In this document: positions 48,167 through 56,563 of the stretch, piece after piece
Numbering within the stretch: the first letter of the stretch is position 1
Layout of the letters: the number at the start of each line of letters is the position of its first letter
IMG/VR virus record: IMGVR_UViG_3300025098_000048
Coordinates: 1-56,991 of that record
Direction: 5' to 3' (one strand)
Length of the DNA stretch: 56,991 nt
Source: a virus
Taxonomy: Duplodnaviria > Caudoviricetes
Notes under the pieces: model-generated
What the model was told of the DNA's origin: nothing
Databases searched by the model: none
Seen by the model: the letters and a program-made list of their open reading frames with translations, nothing else
Program-made: the position numbers and the translations under genes

Positions 48167-48352
48167 CTATAAATCTATTTCAAAGTTATTATCATCAGAG
48201 TTTAAATCTATGATTATTACTCTTTTAGGTTCTTTAGTAATTTTAGGTTCCACAGGCTCTCTAACTTCAGGTAAAGGCAACTCTAAATAGGGTCGTTCTT
48301 CACATTCAGATTGTTTTTTTTGAATATCTTGAATAATTAGCTCATCATACAT
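48167..48352 (-). CDS. small acidic hypothetical protein
   Basis: AAGGAG RBS; ERPYLELPLP...KRVIIIDL. Confidence 0.65.
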   Translation of the reverse strand: MYDELIIQDIQKKQSECEERPYLELPLPEVREPVEPKITKEPKRVIIIDLNSDDNNFEIDL

Positions 48353-48427
48353 TTTAAAACTCCTTTATTAATAACTATAAAAGAAAAAGCTTTATAATAT
48401 ATAATAAAACAAAGAAGGAGAAAATGT

Positions 48428-49723
48428 ATGAATGAAATTGAATCTAATCTTAAACAAAAATGCGTAATCATTGATACGTCAGTATTACTATACGATGCAC
48501 AATCAATATACAACTTTGGTTCTAACGATATTTACCTCCCTTTCGCAGTTTTAGAGGAGCTTGATAAGAAGAAAACTGAAGCAGGTTCTATTGGTGAAAA
48601 CGCAAGATTTATAAACCGTTTATTAGATAAGCTAAGAGCAGAAGGCCCTCTTCACGAAGGTGTTCCGTTTAACGACGTTAAGCTCACAGTTCTTACTAAT
48701 ATAAAACTATGTGATGAGTTAGAAGAGGAAAACAACGATAACGTCATATTATCTGCTGCTTTATTTGTAAGCGAGCAATATGATTATAACAAAGTTAAGC
48801 TGATAACTAAAGATATTAACCTAAGAGTTAAATCAGATGTATTAGGCATTATTTCAGCAGATTACTATGCTAATTACGAAGGTTTAGATACACAGTGGAG
48901 TGGTTGGAGAAAAGTAGATACAGTTTCTAAAGAGCAGATTGATGAGCTATATAAAAAAGGTTCATTACAAACAAAAGAAAAATATTATCAAAATGAGTTT
49001 CTTGTTTTAGAAAGTGAATCAAATACAGCTTTAGGGCAATACAAAGGTGGTAAGATTATTCTTGTATCATCAAAAGATGCTTGCCATAAAGAAACTGGTT
49101 GCACTCCTAAAAATAAAGAACAACAGTTTGCCTTACATACATTAACTGATGATGATATACCTATGATTACTTTAACAGGTTTGCCCGGAAGTGGTAAAAC
49201 ATTCTTATCATTTATGGCTGGTATTAAACTTGTTTCTGATGGAGCTTATGCTCGTATTATTTATACAAGGCCTATTACAACAGTTGGTAAATCATTAGGA
49301 TTTCTACCCGGTGATATCGAAGAGAAATGGGCACCTTACTTAGCACCTATTGAAGATAACTTTAGAAATGCATTTGGTGATCTAACATATTTCAGTTTAA
49401 TGCGTGAAAAAGGGCAGATTGATATCTCTCCGATTAGTTATATGCGAGGTAGAAGTTTTAAAAACTGCTATATCATTGTTGATGAAGCACAAAACTGCAC
49501 ACCACACGAACTGAAAACTATTATTACTCGTATGGCAGAAAATTCGAAGCTCATACTTTGCGGTGATACCAAACAAATAGATGATGTTTATATGAATGAA
49601 AGCTCTAATGGCTTATCAATCATACAAGGTAAGTTTCAAAACTCCAATCTATCAGCCCACGTTAAATTTACAAAGGGTTATAGAAGTAGGTTGGCAACAG
49701 AAGCTGATAGAATATTAGAATAG
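48428..49723 (+). CDS. phoH: PhoH-family ATPase with N-terminal PIN domain
   Basis: IIDTSVLLYD, VLEELD, ITKDINLRVK (PIN); GLPGSGKT, GFLPGD, YMRGRSF, VDEAQN, GDTKQID. Confidence 0.93.
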   Translation: MNEIESNLKQKCVIIDTSVLLYDAQSIYNFGSNDIYLPFAVLEELDKKKTEAGSIGENARFINRLLDKLRAEGPLHEGVPFNDVKLTVLTNIKLCDELEEENNDNVILSAALFVSEQYDYNKVKLITKDINLRVKSDVLGIISADYYANYEGLDTQWSGWRKVDTVSKEQIDELYKKGSLQTKEKYYQNEFLVLESESNTALGQYKGGKIILVSSKDACHKETGCTPKNKEQQFALHTLTDDDIPMITLTGLPGSGKTFLSFMAGIKLVSDGAYARIIYTRPITTVGKSLGFLPGDIEEKWAPYLAPIEDNFRNAFGDLTYFSLMREKGQIDISPISYMRGRSFKNCYIIVDEAQNCTPHELKTIITRMAENSKLILCGDTKQIDDVYMNESSNGLSIIQGKFQNSNLSAHVKFTKGYRSRLATEADRILE

Positions 49724-50021
49724 ATAACGACGTTGATTCACGTTAAAACAACAAAGCTTATATGATAAAACATATTAGAGGAAAAAACAATGAAAACAGA
49801 AGATAAAATAGTATTAAGAGTTTCACTAACATATTTTTTATGTTTTTTAACTCCCGCGTTAATAAATTCACTTTCTTGTGTATAGTTATAATATATCAAA
49901 CTGCTAAAGGTAAAGCTTTCTAAAACATCACGCTTTTTCAATGGTTCAAACTCTTCGTAAGCCACCTGAAAACAATTATTTTAGTATTAGTTTAAAAAAG
50001 TTTTATCTTTGGTAGTTTTTT

Positions 50022-50122
50022 TGTTATAATGTATATGGATTTAAAGGCGCTCACCTTTAAGTTCTCCTAAGATAATTTTGTTATTTGAAAGGCGCTGGTT
50101 AATCACTGGCGCCTTTTTTTTT
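50022..50122 (+). ncRNA. candidate ~85-nt small RNA unit
   Basis: TGTTATAAT extended -10; hairpin, single-stranded GTTCTCCT, terminator AAAGGCGC..GCGCCTTT plus T tract. Confidence 0.45.
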
Positions 50123-50247
50123 GCTTATTTCTAAACTTTTTTAACTTTTTAAGCATTTATTTTGTATTTATTTAACAAAAGTAATATAATTCATAATGTA
50201 AGTAATACTTATAAAAGAAAAACAAAAATCATTTAAAAGGAGAACAA

Positions 50248-50787
50248 ATGAGCGTTGATTTAAACCAAATGTTAAACACATACAAAAAAGAAAACGAAAC
50301 CCCACGACTAACATATATTCGTTCGGGTAAATACATTGCAGAGATTGAAAGTTTTACAACTACACCTGATAAAAACAATAAGCCTTGCTTTTTGGTTGGG
50401 TTTAAGATCTGCGCATTGCATTCAAAAGCATCTTCACACGATGTTGGTGATATTGTTTATTGGAAGAGAAGCATTAACAAGTTCAATATTAGAAGCCTTG
50501 ATGAAATAACTAAAGCTTTAAATATTGATACAGATACAACAGATTTAAATAATCTGTTTGACGATGAAAAATCTGGTGAAAAAGGCATTGGCTACGGAAA
50601 GAAACTAATCGTTGAGCTATTTAGGCCTGAAGGTAAGCAGTTTGATGAAACTAAGTTTTTGGAATATGATTTATCATCACAATCCTTCAGTAAGAACTTA
50701 GATTTGGCAAAAAAGTTAGCAGATATAAAAAAAAAGCAAGTTAAAAAAGAGTTTAGCATAGGCGACGAAGAAGTGGTTCCATTTTAG
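50248..50787 (+). CDS. putative ssDNA-binding (OB-fold-like) protein
   Basis: SGKYIAEIESF..LVGFKI; SSB-like tail GDEEVVPF. Confidence 0.55.
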   Translation: MSVDLNQMLNTYKKENETPRLTYIRSGKYIAEIESFTTTPDKNNKPCFLVGFKICALHSKASSHDVGDIVYWKRSINKFNIRSLDEITKALNIDTDTTDLNNLFDDEKSGEKGIGYGKKLIVELFRPEGKQFDETKFLEYDLSSQSFSKNLDLAKKLADIKKKQVKKEFSIGDEEVVPF

Positions 50788-50798
50788 AAAGGATATAA

Positions 50799-51392
50799 AT
50801 GATAAACGCTAATAAAATATATATTGAAAATAATAAAAAAGGCAAAAGCCCAGGCCAGTGGTTAATGCTGAAAGATACTAAAAAGCTTCTAAAGCTACAT
50901 GATTTTCAGCATACTAAAGAAGAAGAGGGTGATTACTTATTTGATGAGCAGTTAGCGTTTCATTATGAATATCATTTAAACCCTTTGATAGCTCATAACA
51001 TTAAAACAGAAGTTAAATCAGATATACCAGAAGTTAAACCTGATGTTGATTATTCTGATTTATTTAAAACGCTTTTCGTTGAAATAAGTGATGCAACAAT
51101 CAGAACAAACTTTATTCAACAGTTAGAATCGATTTCTAATATGAGTATCGATGCAATGATAAGAAATGCAACCGGGCCAATGCAACACATTATCAGTTTA
51201 TCAAAAGCTTTTGATTCAACCCTACAACTAAGATTAGCAGGAATGAATCAGCTTAAGAATAAAGCAAGAGCTGCTGCACAACACATACCTATACTACTAT
51301 TTAGTTCAGGTGAAACAATTTTTGAAGATAGCAAATTTGAATATTACATCAATAAAGCTAACGTTTTATCTAAAAGAGGAAAACAGATATGA
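50799..51392 (+). CDS. hypothetical protein
   Basis: AAGGAT RBS, 197 aa. Confidence 0.7.
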   Translation: MINANKIYIENNKKGKSPGQWLMLKDTKKLLKLHDFQHTKEEEGDYLFDEQLAFHYEYHLNPLIAHNIKTEVKSDIPEVKPDVDYSDLFKTLFVEISDATIRTNFIQQLESISNMSIDAMIRNATGPMQHIISLSKAFDSTLQLRLAGMNQLKNKARAAAQHIPILLFSSGETIFEDSKFEYYINKANVLSKRGKQI

Positions 51393-51613
51393 GTGAAATA
51401 CAAAATAAAGATAAACTATTTTTAGCATATGCTGATTTACAAAGAAACCTTAACGAAAGTTCTGTAGATTTAGAAAAGCTTTGCATTAAAGGTAATATTA
51501 CAAGTGCAAGAGATTTGCGACGTTTTCTAAGAGAAATGAAACAGATTACAACTAAAGCTATTGATATTACAAAAAAAATCGAAGCTGAAAACAGAGAGAT
51601 AAAGAAAGGTTAA
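51389..51613 (+). CDS. small helical protein, loosely like the histone-H1-like (GNKxAxxRxRK) family
   Basis: KGNITSARDLRRFLREMK. Confidence 0.5.
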   Translation: MSEIQNKDKLFLAYADLQRNLNESSVDLEKLCIKGNITSARDLRRFLREMKQITTKAIDITKKIEAENREIKKG

Positions 51614-51616
51614 GTT

Positions 51617-51982
51617 ATGAGCCCATTGATTTCAGAAGTTGCATTAAGTTTTTTAAAAGATGCAAAAAATCAAAGAACAATTATTCTTGTGCTGAGCGGA
51701 ATACTCGCTTTTGGTTTTGGCTATTGGTCGAAACATTGCCCACCTAAATCAGTTGTATGCAAAGCAGAAGAAAAACTAATATTAGGATTAACTGCTGAGG
51801 TAGCAGGAAAAGATGCAACAAGAATAGAACAACTAAGAAAACAAAAAGATGCAGATAGATTAGTTTGTGATGAACGAGTTGAAACTGCAAAAGATTCGCA
51901 AAGAGCATCAAACGATTTTCTCGAATGCTCTGATATCTGCGTTATGTATTCTCAATGTGAAGAACAAGGAAGATGTAGGTAA
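51617..51982 (+). CDS. N-terminal TM plus coiled-coil protein (spanin-like candidate)
   Basis: IILVLSGILAFGFGYW, coiled coil, Cys-rich end. Confidence 0.55.
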   Translation: MSPLISEVALSFLKDAKNQRTIILVLSGILAFGFGYWSKHCPPKSVVCKAEEKLILGLTAEVAGKDATRIEQLRKQKDADRLVCDERVETAKDSQRASNDFLECSDICVMYSQCEEQGRCR

Positions 51983-51983
51983 T

Positions 51984-52493
51984 ATGTTTAAGAGAATAAT
52001 CTCTGCTTTTCTTTCTTTAAGTTTATGTATAAACACAGTATTTGCGCAAGAACTTAAAACAGAAAACAACTTCGACTTATCTGAAGCACCAATGGTTTGG
52101 TCGCCGCAAAAGAAGAAGATTAAGGTAGGAAGTTTAGAACTTACTGTTTGGATTATGCCGAAACCTAATCTTTTAGCACCAAATGCCGGTTATTTACTTT
52201 TTAGATCTGATTTCGGTCAAATCAAACAAAGAATGGATAATATGGCAGCTGAAATAGCAAGATTAATTGCAGAAGAGAGAACTGCATGTGATTTACAGCT
52301 AAAAGAAAAAGATGCAAGCTGTATCAGGCAACAATCAGAACTAAGAGCTTCGTTTGATGCACAAGTAATACAGATAAAAGGTTTGAATACATCAATAGAT
52401 GATAAAGATGATTTGATTTTTTATTGGCAGTTAGGCGCAGGGGGTGCCGCAGTATTAGCTCTTTCATTAGGTTTGTTTGCTATTTCAAAATAG
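51984..52493 (+). CDS. exported coiled-coil protein with C-terminal TM
   Basis: ATG at 51984; signal peptide MFKRIISAFLSLSLCINTVFA; WQLGAGGAAVLALSLGLFAI. Confidence 0.65.
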   Translation: MFKRIISAFLSLSLCINTVFAQELKTENNFDLSEAPMVWSPQKKKIKVGSLELTVWIMPKPNLLAPNAGYLLFRSDFGQIKQRMDNMAAEIARLIAEERTACDLQLKEKDASCIRQQSELRASFDAQVIQIKGLNTSIDDKDDLIFYWQLGAGGAAVLALSLGLFAISK

Positions 52494-52567
52494 TTTTACA
52501 GTTTTCTGATTTAACATATATATAGTAGTAATAGCTAAATTTATGCGGTTATTATTATTGCTTTAAG

Positions 52568-52602
52568 AAATGCACTTCTATTATTAGTTGTGCATTTTTT
52601 TT
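52568..52602 (+). terminator. intrinsic terminator
   Basis: AAATGCAC...GTGCATTT plus T tract. Confidence 0.6.
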
Positions 52603-52769
52603 ACAAAATGTTAAGTTGTGATATACTTATACTATAGATTAGAACTTTTGGTTTGTTTGTGTGTTCAAGTTTGCTACTCCTTTAGCTGTTGTTGATTCTT
52701 TTTAAGTGTTAAAAAAGGTTCTAATCTTAACTAAAAGCTCAAGTATTTATTTACTTGGGCTTTTTTTTT
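52600..52769 (+). ncRNA. candidate ~135-nt small RNA unit with large single-stranded loop
   Basis: TTTACA..TGATATACT promoter; 14-bp stem 52636-52649/52714-52727; loop with CTCCTTT; terminator 52733-52769. Confidence 0.5.
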
Positions 52770-52982
52770 ATTTTTTTTAAACTCAAAATAATTTAAGAAA
52801 AACCTATAAAAAGATACCATAATGTAAGCTTTTGCTCATTGCTATCACAACTAAATAGAAAAAAGTGATGTTTTTTTTAACAAAATCTCCAGGTTTTCTA
52901 AGATAGCGTATAGTTAGTAATGTAAAACAAAAAAACAGTTTTACGAAGCAATAAAAAAAACAGCTAAAGAAAGGCTATCAAA

Positions 52983-53738
52983 ATGCTTACAAAAACATTT
53001 AATAACATCAAACTTACAAATACAGAACTACAATATGTTTGGATGAAGAACGTGCAAGAAGATGGTAAATGCTATATGCTTTACCGTATAATCGATTTAA
53101 CAAATGGTTTTGAATATACAGGAAGAAAAACAGCATCATCATTTAATGAGCTAAACAACTACACAGGGAGTGGTTCTCTTATTTCAGATACACAAGAGAG
53201 AAAACCTGAAGGATATTTTGAGATGCAAGTTATTGCTTTCTTTGAAAACTCTAAAGATTTAGGTGCGGCTGAAGAATTTGTTGTTACAGATGAATACTGC
53301 TTAAGAGATGATACATATAACGTTCAACCTGCTCGAAAAGGTGGAATGGGATTTTGCGATACTTGGTATCACGACCCAATCGTTGGCACACATGTTAGAG
53401 CAAACTCAAAAGCTATAGCAAAAATGAAAAGATTAGGTTTTGTTAAAGGCCGTTCTCATGCTGCTATTAAAAAGGCTTCTTACAGCTCACGTGGTATGAA
53501 AATGTGGTTTAATAATACTGTTGTTAAACTTTCAGATTCAAATGATATCGATATTGCACTTTCAAACGGCGCAGAGTTTATAAACAAAAGAGTATGGATG
53601 CATAAGCCTGGGCAACGAACACAAAGTTTCCTAAAAGGTAGCAATAAAAACTTATTACGACCACAAGCTTCAAACATTAAAAACATCCTAAAGTATCGAA
53701 GCGAAGGATGGGAGTTTGGTTTAGAAAAAGCCGTTTAA
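52983..53738 (+). CDS. GIY-YIG (Seg-like) homing endonuclease
   Basis: YMLYRIIDLTNGFEYTGRK...YTGSG...EEFVV..DTYN. Confidence 0.8.
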   Translation: MLTKTFNNIKLTNTELQYVWMKNVQEDGKCYMLYRIIDLTNGFEYTGRKTASSFNELNNYTGSGSLISDTQERKPEGYFEMQVIAFFENSKDLGAAEEFVVTDEYCLRDDTYNVQPARKGGMGFCDTWYHDPIVGTHVRANSKAIAKMKRLGFVKGRSHAAIKKASYSSRGMKMWFNNTVVKLSDSNDIDIALSNGAEFINKRVWMHKPGQRTQSFLKGSNKNLLRPQASNIKNILKYRSEGWEFGLEKAV

Positions 53739-53793
53739 AATACTAATCCTTATTTACAAATAAAAATAAGATAATACAATACTACTATCGTTC

Positions 53794-53820
53794 AAAACCC
53801 TATTTATTTAGGGTTTTTTT
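53794..53820 (+). terminator. intrinsic terminator
   Basis: AAAACCCTA...TAGGGTTTT plus T tract. Confidence 0.65.
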
Positions 53821-53886
53821 GTATTATTTGCATATATTTTATATAATGTTAGAGTTAGTGTATATTTAGTTATATAAGGAAAAAAC

Positions 53887-54567
53887 ATGAAAACAATAAA
53901 GCTAAAAGATAAAGTATTAACAGATAAAAAGCTTGTTAAAGAAACAGAAGCTTTAACAGGTGAGATTATTGAAGCTGATGAGTATGTTTCACCTTCTCAA
54001 ACTAACTTACCAGAAATTGCAAGAGGTTTAGATTTACCAAGCCAAGTTAAAGGCCCGTGGTCGCATTCTGATAAACAAAGATGGTTATCAGCAACAGAAC
54101 AACTTTTAACAAGAGGCGTAAAAAGCGGTAGAGAACTGGGCAGAATAACTGGCTTAAATGCAATGGCATCATCAAAGTTTATAAAAGATATTAAGGAAAG
54201 CTGGTCGCAAAACTTAACAGTTAGCAGAGTAAATATTGAAAGAGAAAAACTTTATTCTGAAAATGAACGTATTGCAGATTTTGCGTGGAACTTAATCGGT
54301 ATAGATCCAACAGATAATAAAGTTCCATCACTCCTAAAGATTATAGGTGAAACAAATACAAGAAGAAGCAGATTAGTAGGTGCAGAACAAATAAATCTTC
54401 AGGTTACAGCGAATGTTGAAGAACGACATTTAACTATTGAAGAAACACAAAGAACGGCAGCAGCACGTTTAGGTGTTAAAATAGAAGCCTTAGAAGATTT
54501 AGGCGATAGCATTGCTGATATATTGATACCCTATGAATTTGAAAAAGATGACGAAGAAAGCGAGTAA
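53887..54567 (+). CDS. HTH protein, terminase small subunit candidate
   Basis: QLLTRGVKSGRELGRITGL...IKDIKESW, RRSRLVG. Confidence 0.5.
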   Translation: MKTIKLKDKVLTDKKLVKETEALTGEIIEADEYVSPSQTNLPEIARGLDLPSQVKGPWSHSDKQRWLSATEQLLTRGVKSGRELGRITGLNAMASSKFIKDIKESWSQNLTVSRVNIEREKLYSENERIADFAWNLIGIDPTDNKVPSLLKIIGETNTRRSRLVGAEQINLQVTANVEERHLTIEETQRTAAARLGVKIEALEDLGDSIADILIPYEFEKDDEESE

Positions 54568-54572
54568 TAAAA

Positions 54573-54752
54573 ATGGCACAACAGAATCACATTAAAAAAG
54601 AAAGAGATATGAACAAAACATATTTCAGCATAATGAAAACCTTAGGCTCTATTGAGCAGTTGGTAAAATCTATTGAAGAAAAAGTAGATAGGCTTACAGA
54701 AGATACACAAAACAGCAAGAAGGTTAAAAACGATGAACGAAACACCATCTGA
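54573..54752 (+). CDS. small coiled-coil hypothetical protein (59 aa)
   Basis: MAQQNHIKKERDMNKTYFSIMKTLGSIEQLVKSIEEKVDRL...; fills the gap between neighbours. Confidence 0.5.
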   Translation: MAQQNHIKKERDMNKTYFSIMKTLGSIEQLVKSIEEKVDRLTEDTQNSKKVKNDERNTI

Positions 54753-55107
54753 GGATTTTCTAAATGAAAATACTGTATATTCTATCGAAACTTGGCAAAA
54801 CATTAAAACAGATGCATTCTATGCACTTGCTTTGATTAAGCAGCCACATAAAGATAATAAAGATGCTTTAATAGTCGCAGGCTCAGATACGTTTGTATTA
54901 GATACATATAAACAAATTGATAACCCAGAGATTGTTAAAACAGATGTTATTGCTGAATGGAAAGGCGTTGAGAATATGCCTATCTGGAGAGATTTTTTTA
55001 CACATTTCGTTACAGAAATCAAAGCAACATATTTTAACGAGCAAGCTTTTGAAGCCTTAGGCTTAGGGCTTTTTACTGAAGATAAACAAGAAGAAAGCGA
55101 GCAGTAA
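54733..55107 (+). CDS. hypothetical protein
   Basis: 124-aa ORF. Confidence 0.65.
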   Translation: MNETPSEDFLNENTVYSIETWQNIKTDAFYALALIKQPHKDNKDALIVAGSDTFVLDTYKQIDNPEIVKTDVIAEWKGVENMPIWRDFFTHFVTEIKATYFNEQAFEALGLGLFTEDKQEESEQ

Positions 55108-55175
55108 ATGTTTTACGAAGATCTAAGTTTAGAAACCTGGGTTGCAATACTCATTTAACACGAAAGGATTTAACA

Positions 55176-55433
55176 ATGGCAACATATCAATATCAATGTA
55201 AAAATGAAGAATGTAATCTGGAAGGATTTACCTTTTCTCGACCAATGGCTGAGTATCTTGAACCTAAAGAATGCCCTGAATGTAATACTATGTGCAAAAG
55301 AGCACAAGGTGATTGGTGCAGAAACTTTAGATTAAAAGGCAATTATTGGTATAGAGATGGATATTCTGGAAACAACTACAAAGATGAGTTAAGAAAAGCA
55401 GGTAAAGATGCCAGCAAGTGGGATGGAATATGA
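55176..55433 (+). CDS. FmdB-family zinc-ribbon protein
   Basis: MATYQYQCxxxxC...CPEC...FRLKGNYWYRDGY. Confidence 0.85.
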   Translation: MATYQYQCKNEECNLEGFTFSRPMAEYLEPKECPECNTMCKRAQGDWCRNFRLKGNYWYRDGYSGNNYKDELRKAGKDASKWDGI

Positions 55434-55792
55434 ATGAAATTAATCTTCAAACTGCATTCGAAGAAGAATACGTTTCAGAACTTCACGAGAATGCATCAAA
55501 AACGAGCCTAATGTTTTTCGATATCGTTTTATCAAATATGGAATGGTATCACAAAGATGTTGATGGTGAGATACCTGCTGATGAAGGAAACGGTTTCTAT
55601 GTAGATGATATGTTTCAGTTTTATATCTATATTGATGCTCTTGATAACGTTTGCAAAGCATATCCAAGCTTAAAATATCACGATATCATAACATCTATAG
55701 CGTTTGATACATACTTACAGAATTTTCCTGAAGGTTATGATATTGCTGCAAACATAACAGTTAGAGATTTATGGGTAGAAGAAGTTCATTAA
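55430..55792 (+). CDS. hypothetical acidic protein
   Basis: ATGA overlap with the FmdB-like gene. Confidence 0.65.
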   Translation: MNEINLQTAFEEEYVSELHENASKTSLMFFDIVLSNMEWYHKDVDGEIPADEGNGFYVDDMFQFYIYIDALDNVCKAYPSLKYHDIITSIAFDTYLQNFPEGYDIAANITVRDLWVEEVH

Positions 55793-55821
55793 ACAAATAA
55801 CAAAAGTAAAGGAAAAAATAA

Positions 55822-56067
55822 ATGATGATACGTGATAAATTTGATAGAGCAATAGCTATGCGACAACTTGAAGAGTTAGTTAGCAAGATAGAAGAGTTTG
55901 ATAAGCAGAATAACACAGATGATGCAGAAAGATACCATTCGTTTTTTACATATGAAAACACATTGGTAGATAAAGTTTTACTGAATGAAAAACTGCGCAA
56001 AGCTAATAATCCAAGCTGTAATGATCCTCGCGGCGTTCTTTTCTTTAATGTTGTAAGAAAGAAATAA
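55822..56067 (+). CDS. hypothetical protein
   Basis: AAAGGA RBS, 81 aa. Confidence 0.6.
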   Translation: MMIRDKFDRAIAMRQLEELVSKIEEFDKQNNTDDAERYHSFFTYENTLVDKVLLNEKLRKANNPSCNDPRGVLFFNVVRKK

Positions 56068-56200
56068 TTTGATACGTGCAACTTTTTGTAATGCTTAGTA
56101 TGATATAACATCAAACAAAAAATAAAAAAACTTTTTTTTAAAAAAACTTAACATTTTCGGACTTTGTGATATAATTACTTATAACAAATAGGAGCAGATT

Positions 56201-56563
56201 ATGAATGATATTGAACAAGATTTTTTAGTTACACAGTTTGAAGATTTAGATACTTCTAAGCTAATACACTTATCTTCAATCGAAGAAGGCCACAAGCTTT
56301 TACTGATGAAGGGTTTGAAAAACGAATACTACAGTGAAGATTACCATTATTTTGTAATATCACAAGATGCTTATTTAAAAGCAATGAAAGAATATCTACA
56401 ACTTAAAGGTGATTACGTTTCACGCTACGACGGATTTCAAAAAGTTGGGGTTGGTTATGTTAGTTTTTCTCCTTCAAATACTTTTATAAAAGTTAAGATT
56501 AATGATGACGTAATTGAGTTAAACTTAGCAAGCTTCGACTATGTTGAAATGGAAAGAGGCTAA
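56201..56563 (+). CDS. hypothetical protein
   Basis: AGGAG RBS, 120 aa. Confidence 0.7.
   Translation: MNDIEQDFLVTQFEDLDTSKLIHLSSIEEGHKLLLMKGLKNEYYSEDYHYFVISQDAYLKAMKEYLQLKGDYVSRYDGFQKVGVGYVSFSPSNTFIKVKINDDVIELNLASFDYVEMERG

Noticed and set aside
49738-49965. 75-aa minus-strand ORF after phoH
   Set aside because: GTG start, no recognisable motif and AT-rich low complexity; cannot be supported as a gene, though not excluded.
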